This document shows, piece after piece, positions 6,415 to 14,523 of a stretch of DNA of 26,197 bases. Numbering within the stretch: position 1 is the first letter of the stretch; each line of letters begins with the position of its first letter. The notes under the pieces were generated by a model. That model made no database searches, had not been told where the DNA came from, and saw only the letters and a program-made list of their open reading frames with translations. Source of the DNA: a virus (lineage: Duplodnaviria > Caudoviricetes); the IMG/VR virus record IMGVR_UViG_3300025296_002718, positions 1 to 26,197 of that record; one strand, 5' to 3'. The position numbers and the translations under genes are program-made.

Positions 6415-8547
6415 ATGCGGACAATCAATCTTGGGTTCGGGAAGCTCATTATAGGAAGAGAGCCTCAGGGTAAGGCTGCCCTGGCTGACATTCAGGGCAG
6501 CAGGGTCTTTTCTGGGCAGGATGGTGTTGGTCAGGAGTGGGCGAACCCGAAGTACGGTGAATACTATGCCACATCCGTGCCAGCGTACCGGGCGGTGAAG
6601 CTACGGGCTGATGCTGTCGCCTCAGCGCCTCTCAAGGTATATCGTCGGCGTGGTGGAGATGATCCTGAGCCTGTGCCGTCTAACCATCCTATCCAGGAGT
6701 TGCTTGACCGCGTGAATCCCTGGTGGACAGCTGCAGACCTCTGGAAGGCCACCGAGTCGTACCTATCGCTCTGGGGGTCTGCGTATTGGTTTATCGACTC
6801 GTCCGAGAGCAATCGCACCATCTGGCCCTTGCGCCCTGACCGGATGCGGATTATTCCTGATAAGAGTGCCAAGGACACCAATATGTACATCAAGGGATAT
6901 CTCCATGTTGGGGATAGCGGGCGCACAACCTCCCTCTTGCCCGAAGAGGTGGTGTGGTTTAGGTACTTCAACCCAATACATGAGTATGCAGGGTTGGCAC
7001 CAATGGCACCGGCGCGTTTATCCCTGGACCTGGGACGTAATGCCCTCAAGTTCGATAGTGCGTTCTTTGCCAATGGAGCGTTACCCCAGGACCTCATATT
7101 TCAGGTAGACGGGCCGGTGACCGAGGACGAGGTGGAAGCCTTCTATCAGCGCTTGGAGAAGCGGCATAAGGGTGTTTCAAATGCACATAGACCCATGCTG
7201 TGGGACCTGAGCCAAGGGGCCAAGCCACAGACATTAGGGCTGAATCACCGGGACATGGAGTTCATGGCTGCCCTCAATTTCACTGTAGAGGATGCTGCGC
7301 GGATATGGGGGGTGCCCCCACCCAAGATGTATTCCCAGACCCAGAGCATATATAACAATGTGCGACAGGCAGATATCGAATTCTACACGGACACCATATC
7401 ATCGGAATGGAAATTTCTCCAGTCTGAGGTTTCAGAGCTATTGATTCCCGCGCTATCCCGTAGCGATGAAGACCTGTATGTAGCTTTCGATACGTCTGAC
7501 ATACTTCCGTTGCAGGAGGCGATGGCGGAGCAGCAGGAAAGCCAGCGCAAGGACATAACTACGGGCATTATGACGATCAATGAGGTTCGGCGGAAGCGCA
7601 ATCTCCCTCCTGTCTCATGGGGTGACACATGGTGGCCGCCAATCAGCCTTACTCCAGCTGAGGGTGGTGGTGCCGTAGCCCCGAACGAGGAGTCCGGGAA
7701 CAGGGTCTTTGCCCTAAATGGTTATCACCTCTACCAGGCCAAGCAGTGGACCGATGATGTGCTGAACGCCGAGGGTGTCGCATTCACCAAGCGTCTCAGG
7801 GCGTCGGAAGATAGATTTGTGGATATGCAGAAGGCTCTATTTGATAGGCAGCGCAGATCTGTACTGCAGAAGCTAGACACCATTACCTTGAGTGCAGAAG
7901 CGGTGCTAAAACAGGGAGCTGGTGACATATTCAACCCGGATGAGTGGGTTGATGTATTTCAGCGCAATGGGCGTCCAGTTATGGCAGCGTCGCTAACCCT
8001 GGCTGCGGAACAACATGGGTCCACCTTTGGCATAGGACCTTTTGACCCATCACTGCCTGAAGTACAGCGTTGGGTTGATGACCGGGTGGTGTTCTGGACT
8101 CAGCAAGTCAACGAGTCCACTGCTCAACTCCTGCAGACTGAGATAGCGGCTGCGCTAGATGCCGGTGATGGTATCCCGCAGGTGAGAGACAGAGTTAACA
8201 AAATATTCCGGTTCAATAACACCTTTGGGGCGGAGCGGATAGCACGTACAGAAGTCCTTGCAGCGTCCAATCAAGGGCATCTCGCACTGTACCGGCAGTC
8301 TGGTGAGGTACAGGAGAAGATGTGGCTTGCTACGACGGATGACCGTACCCGGGTGGCACACATTGAGGCCCACCGGCAGACCGTCCCGCTGGAGTCCAAG
8401 TTCCTGGTGGGGGGGGAGCAGTTGGATGCACCAGGTATCGGGGGGAGTGCTGGTCAGGTAATTAACTGCCGATGCACGACAGCTCCAGTGATACGCAGGA
8501 GGGCAGCAATGCCAGAGGGGAGTGTAAATGGTTCAACAGAACGGTAG
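6415..8547 (+). CDS. HK97-family portal fused to MuF (SPP1 gp7-like) head morphogenesis domain
   Basis: Portal: LWGSAYW, IWPLRPDRM, FFANGALP, ARIWGVPP, GIMTINEVR. MuF: AERIARTE, KMWLATTDDRTR.AH, INCRC. Confidence 0.93.
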   Translation: MRTINLGFGKLIIGREPQGKAALADIQGSRVFSGQDGVGQEWANPKYGEYYATSVPAYRAVKLRADAVASAPLKVYRRRGGDDPEPVPSNHPIQELLDRVNPWWTAADLWKATESYLSLWGSAYWFIDSSESNRTIWPLRPDRMRIIPDKSAKDTNMYIKGYLHVGDSGRTTSLLPEEVVWFRYFNPIHEYAGLAPMAPARLSLDLGRNALKFDSAFFANGALPQDLIFQVDGPVTEDEVEAFYQRLEKRHKGVSNAHRPMLWDLSQGAKPQTLGLNHRDMEFMAALNFTVEDAARIWGVPPPKMYSQTQSIYNNVRQADIEFYTDTISSEWKFLQSEVSELLIPALSRSDEDLYVAFDTSDILPLQEAMAEQQESQRKDITTGIMTINEVRRKRNLPPVSWGDTWWPPISLTPAEGGGAVAPNEESGNRVFALNGYHLYQAKQWTDDVLNAEGVAFTKRLRASEDRFVDMQKALFDRQRRSVLQKLDTITLSAEAVLKQGAGDIFNPDEWVDVFQRNGRPVMAASLTLAAEQHGSTFGIGPFDPSLPEVQRWVDDRVVFWTQQVNESTAQLLQTEIAAALDAGDGIPQVRDRVNKIFRFNNTFGAERIARTEVLAASNQGHLALYRQSGEVQEKMWLATTDDRTRVAHIEAHRQTVPLESKFLVGGEQLDAPGIGGSAGQVINCRCTTAPVIRRRAAMPEGSVNGSTER

Positions 8548-9412
8548 CCGTGACATTGCAGCCCCTGACGCTCGTCATGGTCTGCGCAACATCCGGTATA
8601 CCGAAGGCCCGCGTGATCAGCAGATAGTCTCGTTTCGTAGCGAGAATACCTGGCCTCATGCTCGGCCCTTCTCAACCCTCGTGGCTGCGATGGGCGCTCA
8701 CTGGAACCCAGGATGCTGGCAACGCATTCTAGACATGATTCACTACACCAACCAGCAGGGATTCTTTTGCGCCCTTGAAGAAATCATGGACAGGTGCTTC
8801 CAGCCCTACGACGCTCTGGGTGCAATGCGCAACGAAGCCTTGATGAAGGCGTCTCAGGGCTTTGAGTACCTGCTGTATGTCGATAACGATGTCATGCCCA
8901 CGCCGGATATGCTGCTGCGCCTGATAGCGTGTGACAAAGCAATTGTCGCGCCCTATGTTATGGAGCCTGAGATCGGAAGACCCTTGCATGGGCCAGCACG
9001 TCAGAGGAATACCGGGGTTCAGCCAATCCGGTGGTGTGTCCTGTCGATGCTGCTGTTCAAGACGTCGGTATTCAACGCAACAGGACCCCAGTTCTGGGAC
9101 TCTGCGATCGGGGCTGATGAGGGTTATCACTTTCAGAAGCTCTGGCATGTGGGGCATCGGCCATACTTGGATACGGATCAGGACTTGCCGGTGTTCAAGC
9201 GTCCTACATACCCTCTGGCAACTAATCGCATGTCAGAGGGTGAATCCAAGTCCTTCTGGGACAAGCGGCGTGATTGGCTGCTGGAAGCGCCGGATAGGGC
9301 ACCGACAGACCCTAATGACATCCATCAGGAGAACGGTGAGTACCTGCCCTGGAGGGAAGTGGGGACGCCGTACCCCTACAAGGTGCTAACAGCAGGGACG
9401 AGGAGGGGGTGA
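8528..9412 (+). CDS. GT-A fold glycosyltransferase-like protein (paralog 1)
   Basis: MRNEAL....GFEYLLYVDNDV (DxD), hydrophobic LLFKTSVF strand, GADEGYHF..L...G..PYLDT. Confidence 0.75.
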   Translation: MVQQNGSRDIAAPDARHGLRNIRYTEGPRDQQIVSFRSENTWPHARPFSTLVAAMGAHWNPGCWQRILDMIHYTNQQGFFCALEEIMDRCFQPYDALGAMRNEALMKASQGFEYLLYVDNDVMPTPDMLLRLIACDKAIVAPYVMEPEIGRPLHGPARQRNTGVQPIRWCVLSMLLFKTSVFNATGPQFWDSAIGADEGYHFQKLWHVGHRPYLDTDQDLPVFKRPTYPLATNRMSEGESKSFWDKRRDWLLEAPDRAPTDPNDIHQENGEYLPWREVGTPYPYKVLTAGTRRG

Positions 9413-9413
9413 G

Positions 9414-9641
9414 TTGGATAGTTTTAGGAAATTGCCCCGTTGGGTACAAGTGCTGCTGGTGCCTCTTATCCCTATAGCCTTTCTCGTTGTTATGTTTTTA
9501 TTCGTTCCTTTCTACTTGATATATCGTTTCCTCTGGGAGCATTCAGTCAATAGTTTCACAGGCAAACTAGACGCTGGCCCATTCCATGATCCTGATCGGT
9601 GCCAGGAATGTGTCATACTCAAAAAGAAAGTAGGAGCGTAG
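9414..9641 (+). CDS. Small membrane protein with C-terminal HxPxxCxxC
   Basis: GAGGAGG upstream, long hydrophobic segment, HDPDRCQEC; similar to 17833..18093. Confidence 0.6.
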   Translation: MDSFRKLPRWVQVLLVPLIPIAFLVVMFLFVPFYLIYRFLWEHSVNSFTGKLDAGPFHDPDRCQECVILKKKVGA

Positions 9642-9643
9642 CG

Positions 9644-9835
9644 ATGAGCACGGCACTCAAGTGCGACTGTCACAGACATGAGACACTGGCGGTTGGTAAC
9701 CCCCAAGAGGGCTGTATCAGCATCCGGGACAGACGGCACGGGACATCTCACGACTTGTCCCTAGCTCTGTCTCAGATTGTGCAGATGCTGGACCCGGAGG
9801 GTACGAGCTTTCAGCCAGTGGGGACTGGGCGATGA
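9644..9835 (+). CDS. Small putative Zn-binding protein, degenerate Com-like ribbon
   Basis: AGGAG RBS; LKCDCHRHETLAV...ISIRDRRHGTSH; ATGA coupling to the next gene. Confidence 0.55.
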   Translation: MSTALKCDCHRHETLAVGNPQEGCISIRDRRHGTSHDLSLALSQIVQMLDPEGTSFQPVGTGR

Positions 9836-10320
9836 TACTATTCTTCGCCCTAATGGGACTGATTGTTATCACAGTATCGTATGCAGTCCTTGCTTTCCGC
9901 ATGAGGACCGATGAATATGACGAGAAGGTAATCTTGTCTGTTGCTGGTGTGGCGCTCGCAATTGTAGCTTTTGTCATGACGAGCATCGCCATGCCATTAG
10001 CGACCACTAGCAAAGCACAGGATTTAATCGCCTTCTATAGTTACAATGCGCCAGTATATGAGGATGCGATTGAAGATATAAGGGCAGGTATTGTGACATC
10101 TGAGGGAAGTTTATTCGACAGTGCGAATCACAGGCAGATAGAATCATATGGTCTTGTGATAAGAGATCAGCGCAAAGCGATAACGGACTTTAACGCCGCT
10201 CTCGTCCAGCACCGGCGATGGGAAAAATCCATCTGGGTAGGCTTTTTATGGGCTAATGTTCCAGAACAAATACATCCTATTCCTGTTTTATTGAGTGGGG
10301 GTAACTCTGATGCCCGGTAA
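9832..10320 (+). CDS. Membrane protein (2 N-terminal TM, helical soluble domain)
   Basis: Two hydrophobic segments, then an amphipathic helical region. Confidence 0.65.
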   Translation: MILFFALMGLIVITVSYAVLAFRMRTDEYDEKVILSVAGVALAIVAFVMTSIAMPLATTSKAQDLIAFYSYNAPVYEDAIEDIRAGIVTSEGSLFDSANHRQIESYGLVIRDQRKAITDFNAALVQHRRWEKSIWVGFLWANVPEQIHPIPVLLSGGNSDAR

Positions 10321-11119
10321 GTACACAGTTGTCAACAACTACCGACTCCTCAACACCCAACAGCAGGCTGAGGCTAACGATGAGCGCATGGACAGGGGCA
10401 TCACTACTCATGTCTCCCCAGGCTCTACGCTCATCGCTGCAATGGGAGACCATTGGAAGCCCCAGTGCTTTGAGGCCGTGAAACAGATGGCCTACCACAC
10501 CTGGGAGGCTGGATGTGAGGTCTGCTTCTACGAGGAGCCTGACCGTTGCTACAACCCCTTTGATGCCATTGGGTCCATGCGCAATATGGCCTACTGGCGA
10601 GCTATCCGTGAAGGATGGGAGTATTTGCTTTATGTGGATAATGACGTGATGCCACCTCCTGACGCACTGGAGAAGCTGCTAGCGCGTCGCCTGCCCATCA
10701 TAGCTCCCATTCTCCGGTATCTGAATGATGAAGACCACGGCATCTCTCAGGCTCGAATGGAGTTCGGAAACGGGTTGGTGATGGTGGGGTCGTGTCTGCT
10801 TTCTTTCCTGCTTATCAGGACCTCTGTGTTCCTTCCCTGGGCGACCAGTCCATTCTGGGGCAACGAAATTGGCGACGACGAGGCATACCATTTTGCCAAG
10901 CTGGACATGATAGGGCATAGACCTTTCATTGATACCAATGTAGTGGTGGAAGTTAAGTCACCGCCCCATTTCCCGTTGGATGAGAGACTAACCGGAGGCG
11001 TGAATGGCGACAAAGCAGGTGAAGCGGGGCAGGCACCCCAGGGAGCGGATGTACCCGCTGGTGAAGCTGATGCTGATACAAAGGCGCAGCAAGTGCCAAG
11101 GCTGTGGACACCATCGTAG
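10310..11119 (+). CDS. GT-A fold glycosyltransferase-like protein (paralog 2)
   Basis: MRNMAY....EGWEYLLYVDNDV, GDDEAYHFAKL; aligns colinearly with 8528..9412. Confidence 0.75.
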   Translation: MPGKYTVVNNYRLLNTQQQAEANDERMDRGITTHVSPGSTLIAAMGDHWKPQCFEAVKQMAYHTWEAGCEVCFYEEPDRCYNPFDAIGSMRNMAYWRAIREGWEYLLYVDNDVMPPPDALEKLLARRLPIIAPILRYLNDEDHGISQARMEFGNGLVMVGSCLLSFLLIRTSVFLPWATSPFWGNEIGDDEAYHFAKLDMIGHRPFIDTNVVVEVKSPPHFPLDERLTGGVNGDKAGEAGQAPQGADVPAGEADADTKAQQVPRLWTPS

Positions 11120-11192
11120 GAATCACTCCAGGTCGGGTTGCCGCCGTGACAAGGGGCCTAGAGCCTGTGGATGTGGGGTGTTTATAGGATGA
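11004..11192 (+). CDS. Small basic Cys/His protein overlapping GT paralog 2
   Basis: GGAGG RBS; CQGCGHHRRNH...GC........CGCGVF; stop overlaps the next ATG (ATGA). Confidence 0.55.
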   Translation: MATKQVKRGRHPRERMYPLVKLMLIQRRSKCQGCGHHRRNHSRSGCRRDKGPRACGCGVFIG

Positions 11193-11398
11193 ACGTGACG
11201 ACCCAGAAAATCGGCACCAAGATGTGTGAAGCACTGGGGTTGGACCCGGCCTATGTCCAACGAATTACCTTTGATTGGGACGCGGGTGGAATGGCGACCA
11301 TCTGGGTCCAGCATCTAGTGCGAGATGTTGGCGAAATCTCACATGTGTGGAAGCAATACACGCTTGAGGAGAAAGAGACTCCGGAAGGGGAAGATTAA
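11189..11398 (+). CDS. Hypothetical protein
   Basis: ATGA-coupled ORF MNVTTQKIG...CEALGLDP..VQRITFDW; fills the gap to the next gene. Confidence 0.6.
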   Translation: MNVTTQKIGTKMCEALGLDPAYVQRITFDWDAGGMATIWVQHLVRDVGEISHVWKQYTLEEKETPEGED

Positions 11399-11400
11399 GA

Positions 11401-12417
11401 TTGGTTGCTCCAGAGCGGCCTCCTAGACCGATTAATAAACCATTAATTAAAGACAATGGATTCGATTTTATCGAATCCTACCGGCGCATGTATCTGATCC
11501 GGCGAACCGAAGAGGAGATTATTGCACGATATCCCAACCAGCAGATGCGGTGTCCGGTACATCTGTCTATAGGCCAGGAAGCCCCTGCGGTGGCCGTAGC
11601 AATGGCCTTGCGTCCTGGAGACCATGCGTACTCTACCCACCGGTGCCACGCCCACTACCTGGCGATGGGTGGCGACCTGAAAAAAATGGTAGCGGAGCTC
11701 TATGGCAAGGTGACTGGGTGCGCCAAAGGCATGGGTGGGTCCATGCATCTGGTAGACGAGTCTGTGGGGTTCATGGGTACATCGGCAATCGTGGGGTCAT
11801 CGGTGTCTCTGGCGGTTGGGTCAGCGTTGGCTTTCCAGCTAAGAGGTACTGACCAATGCGCGGTGGCGTTCATGGGGGACTCGGTGCCTGAGACAGGGCA
11901 GTTCTGGGAAGCTGTGTCCTTTGCGGGGCTGCATCAATTGCCGATTCTCTTCGTTCTGGAGAACAACCAGTATGCCACGGCGACGCATATTAACAAGAGG
12001 CAACCTTACCACAATAGTGGCACTTCCATGGAAGAAAGAGTTCGTCCATTTAATGTGAGGGCATATTATCCAAGACAAGAGACTGTGCAGGATACCATCA
12101 AAAGTATGCAGTGGGTACGGGACAGACTGCCTGCTTTTTTGGAATTGGATACTTACCGTTACCGGGCTCACGTCGGCATGGAGTACGACTGGGACCAAGG
12201 GTATCGCAGCGAGGCGGAGGTGAAGCGAGCGATGGCTGGTGATCAATTGGATCGGTTGCGAGAGCAAATGGATACAGAAGCTACCTTATTGATTGAGTCC
12301 GAAATCACTAAGCGAGTTATAGAAGCCTTCGATGCGGCGGAGGCGGCGCCATATCCCACCGAAGCGGACATGCAAGCCTATGGGCACTGGGAGGCGGTGC
12401 AGTGGAGCAATCGGTAG
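11401..12417 (+). CDS. ThDP-dependent dehydrogenase E1 alpha-like subunit
   Basis: HLSIGQEA, STHRCHAHYLA.GG, G.GGSMHL, ThDP motif GDS...ENNQY, TYRY..H. Confidence 0.93.
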   Translation: MVAPERPPRPINKPLIKDNGFDFIESYRRMYLIRRTEEEIIARYPNQQMRCPVHLSIGQEAPAVAVAMALRPGDHAYSTHRCHAHYLAMGGDLKKMVAELYGKVTGCAKGMGGSMHLVDESVGFMGTSAIVGSSVSLAVGSALAFQLRGTDQCAVAFMGDSVPETGQFWEAVSFAGLHQLPILFVLENNQYATATHINKRQPYHNSGTSMEERVRPFNVRAYYPRQETVQDTIKSMQWVRDRLPAFLELDTYRYRAHVGMEYDWDQGYRSEAEVKRAMAGDQLDRLREQMDTEATLLIESEITKRVIEAFDAAEAAPYPTEADMQAYGHWEAVQWSNR

Positions 12418-12427
12418 TGGAGGGTCT

Positions 12428-13453
12428 GTGAAAATCACCTACCGTAATGGCCTAAGTAACGCTTTAACAGACTCTATGGAAGAGGCTGAGAATGTCCTTT
12501 GCCTTGGCGTGGGCGTTACCGAACCCACGGGCATATTTGGGACTACCCAGGACGCCTATCGGCGGTTCCCCCAACGTGTTATCGAATGCCCGCTGTCCGA
12601 GAATATGCTGACAGGCGCTTGTGTAGGTCTGGCGCTGGAAGGCTACAAGCCAGTTCTGGTACATGCCCGAATGGACTTCTTAATGCTTACAATGGAACAC
12701 CTAGTGAACACGGCAGCCAAATGGGGCTTTATGAACGGGCGTTACCCGAACATCACCGTTCGGGCTATTGTAGGACGTGGTTGGGGCCAGGGGCCTACCC
12801 ATAGCCAGAACCCGGCTGCACTCTTTGCCCACATTCCAGGGCTTCGGGTCTACATGCCGTACCGTCCCAGTGATGCCTATTTCGCCCTGAGACACGCGAT
12901 AGCGACTGAGGGTCCAGTGATAGTGGTGGAGCCCCGGCGATTGTATAACGATGAAGGGACGATGCCTGATCCGCACGACAATTATTACTGGGGACTGGGC
13001 AATATTTGGCATCCAGCAGGTGTGCATCCCGATGTGACCATTGTAGCTACCTCCGACACTTTGCAGGATGCACACGATTCGATAAGGGCGTTAAGGGCTG
13101 GCGGTATTTCTGCGATGGTGGTTGATCCGCAGATGTTCCCTTTGCCTGGTAACTTGATTGAGGATGCAGTAACGTCTACTGGCCGTTTGGTAGTAGTAGA
13201 CAACGGTTGGGCAACGGCTGGGCTCTCATCTGAGATTATCGCACGGGTGTGTGAGCGGGTTGACCTCGAGGTCAGGCCCGTGCGAGTTACGCCCCCATTC
13301 ATGCCGACTCCAGCATCGCACCCGCTTGAGGACACGTGGTATCCATCGGTAGATGCCATCGTGAGAGCCTGTGCCCAGGTGTTGGGCAGGGATGACCTGG
13401 TGACTCCTGTTGAGCCGTCAATCCCAGCGCCAGCGTTCAAGGGGCCATTTTGA
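12428..13453 (+). CDS. ThDP-dependent dehydrogenase E1 beta / transketolase C-terminal-like subunit
   Basis: RVIECPLSEN...G...GLAL.G.KP, GWGQGPTHSQ, HIPGLRV..P, TGRLVVVD; GTG start at 12428. Confidence 0.93.
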   Translation: MKITYRNGLSNALTDSMEEAENVLCLGVGVTEPTGIFGTTQDAYRRFPQRVIECPLSENMLTGACVGLALEGYKPVLVHARMDFLMLTMEHLVNTAAKWGFMNGRYPNITVRAIVGRGWGQGPTHSQNPAALFAHIPGLRVYMPYRPSDAYFALRHAIATEGPVIVVEPRRLYNDEGTMPDPHDNYYWGLGNIWHPAGVHPDVTIVATSDTLQDAHDSIRALRAGGISAMVVDPQMFPLPGNLIEDAVTSTGRLVVVDNGWATAGLSSEIIARVCERVDLEVRPVRVTPPFMPTPASHPLEDTWYPSVDAIVRACAQVLGRDDLVTPVEPSIPAPAFKGPF

Positions 13454-13698
13454 TGCATGAATCGTGTAAGTCATCCAAGGATGTGGATAAAAGGATGGAT
13501 GTTACGATCAAAGGCCCTATGGGTTTTTCTGGTACTTACTTCATGCCTGAAGGTGGTTACATTAATACAGGAGGCAAAGTCATCGAAGACTGCGGGGAAC
13601 ATTTGAAGGTACAGCTAGATGTCTCAGTCAATGGTGTCTATCTCATCATCATGGTTCCCAAGAATAATATCGCAAGAGTGCATAAGGAGCTGGTTTAG
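13450..13698 (+). CDS. Hypothetical beta-rich protein
   Basis: Overlap-coupled ORF on the coding strand. Confidence 0.55.
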   Translation: MMHESCKSSKDVDKRMDVTIKGPMGFSGTYFMPEGGYINTGGKVIEDCGEHLKVQLDVSVNGVYLIIMVPKNNIARVHKELV

Positions 13699-13946
13699 TG
13701 GACACCGCCATCTCCGATTCGGAGATTGTATCCCTCATATTCCCCAGCTTGGAGCTGGTGAGTATTCGGGGAACCCATGTTACAGTCTCGCTTCCAAGGG
13801 CTATGCCTACTCCAGAGCGGGGTACACTCATGCTAGAAGCGGAGAAGATGTTGCGCCAACAAGTGGACCCACGCATAGAGGTATTCCTGGAGCCCAAGGG
13901 GGATATGAACAAGCTGAGGTTGAAGCTTCGAGGGGTGAAGGTGTAA
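13698..13946 (+). CDS. Hypothetical protein
   Basis: AAGGAG RBS, GTG start overlapping the previous stop; ERGTLMLEAE...EP.GD.NKLR. From memory it resembles small partners of this radical SAM family (unverified). Confidence 0.65.
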   Translation: MDTAISDSEIVSLIFPSLELVSIRGTHVTVSLPRAMPTPERGTLMLEAEKMLRQQVDPRIEVFLEPKGDMNKLRLKLRGVKV

Positions 13947-14509
13947 TGGCAGAAACCAAGGTGACCGAGCTTAAATACTATGGTGTGCGGGTACGTGCTA
14001 TATCTGCACTCAGAAGGTCAGGATTTGAAACCATCGAAAGTGTAGTTACTCGTTATGATTCATTGATGATTGATGTCTATGGACTAGGTCCGATGATGTT
14101 GTCAGAGATACATGACGGGATTGAAGCTTGGGCAGCAGGCCAAGATAGATTTGAATTTGATCGTTATTATGCACCAAAGATTTTGTGGAAAGATGTGCCT
14201 GTCGAACGTCGTATTACTAAGTCCCATATCGAAGGTCGAGCCAAAAGTGATGTGGTCTACTACGACCAAGCTTGGTTAGACAGGCGCATCCGTTCGCTTA
14301 CCACGCCTGAGTGTCACGCTGCCGTTCATTGGTACTATAACACTCCTACTCCTCTGGCCCCATGTAGCCATCCCCCAACGCCAGGAGAATTCTTTTGCGT
14401 TGTGCATGGCGGGAAAAAGAAGGATAGTGTAACGATGAGGGATAGAGTGCTTTCCCCTGTTGTTATGCGTCGGATTGCATGTCAGGTTGATCCAGTTTTA
14501 GTACCGTGA
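13946..14509 (+). CDS. RNA polymerase alpha-CTD-like (HhH) domain plus C-terminal C3H Zn finger
   Basis: GVRVRAISALRRSGFETIESV......L..VYGLGPMMLSEI matches the alpha-CTD consensus; C-terminal C...C...FCVVHGG. TAATG coupling gives start 13946. Confidence 0.65.
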   Translation: MAETKVTELKYYGVRVRAISALRRSGFETIESVVTRYDSLMIDVYGLGPMMLSEIHDGIEAWAAGQDRFEFDRYYAPKILWKDVPVERRITKSHIEGRAKSDVVYYDQAWLDRRIRSLTTPECHAAVHWYYNTPTPLAPCSHPPTPGEFFCVVHGGKKKDSVTMRDRVLSPVVMRRIACQVDPVLVP

Positions 14510-14523
14510 CTTTGGGAGTCTCC

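Noticed and set aside
9832-10320. LemA or holin assignment
   Set aside because: Only vague architectural similarity; no lysis-gene context.
12332-12427. N-terminal extension of E1 beta
   Set aside because: Overlaps E1 alpha; family similarity begins at GTG 12428.
11401-13453. pdhA/pdhB central-metabolism AMG
   Set aside because: No E2/E3 and sugar-pathway context; symbols withheld.
13619-13945. N-terminal extension of the 296-aa ORF
   Set aside because: Overlaps two better ORFs; the true start is likely 13946 (TAATG coupling).
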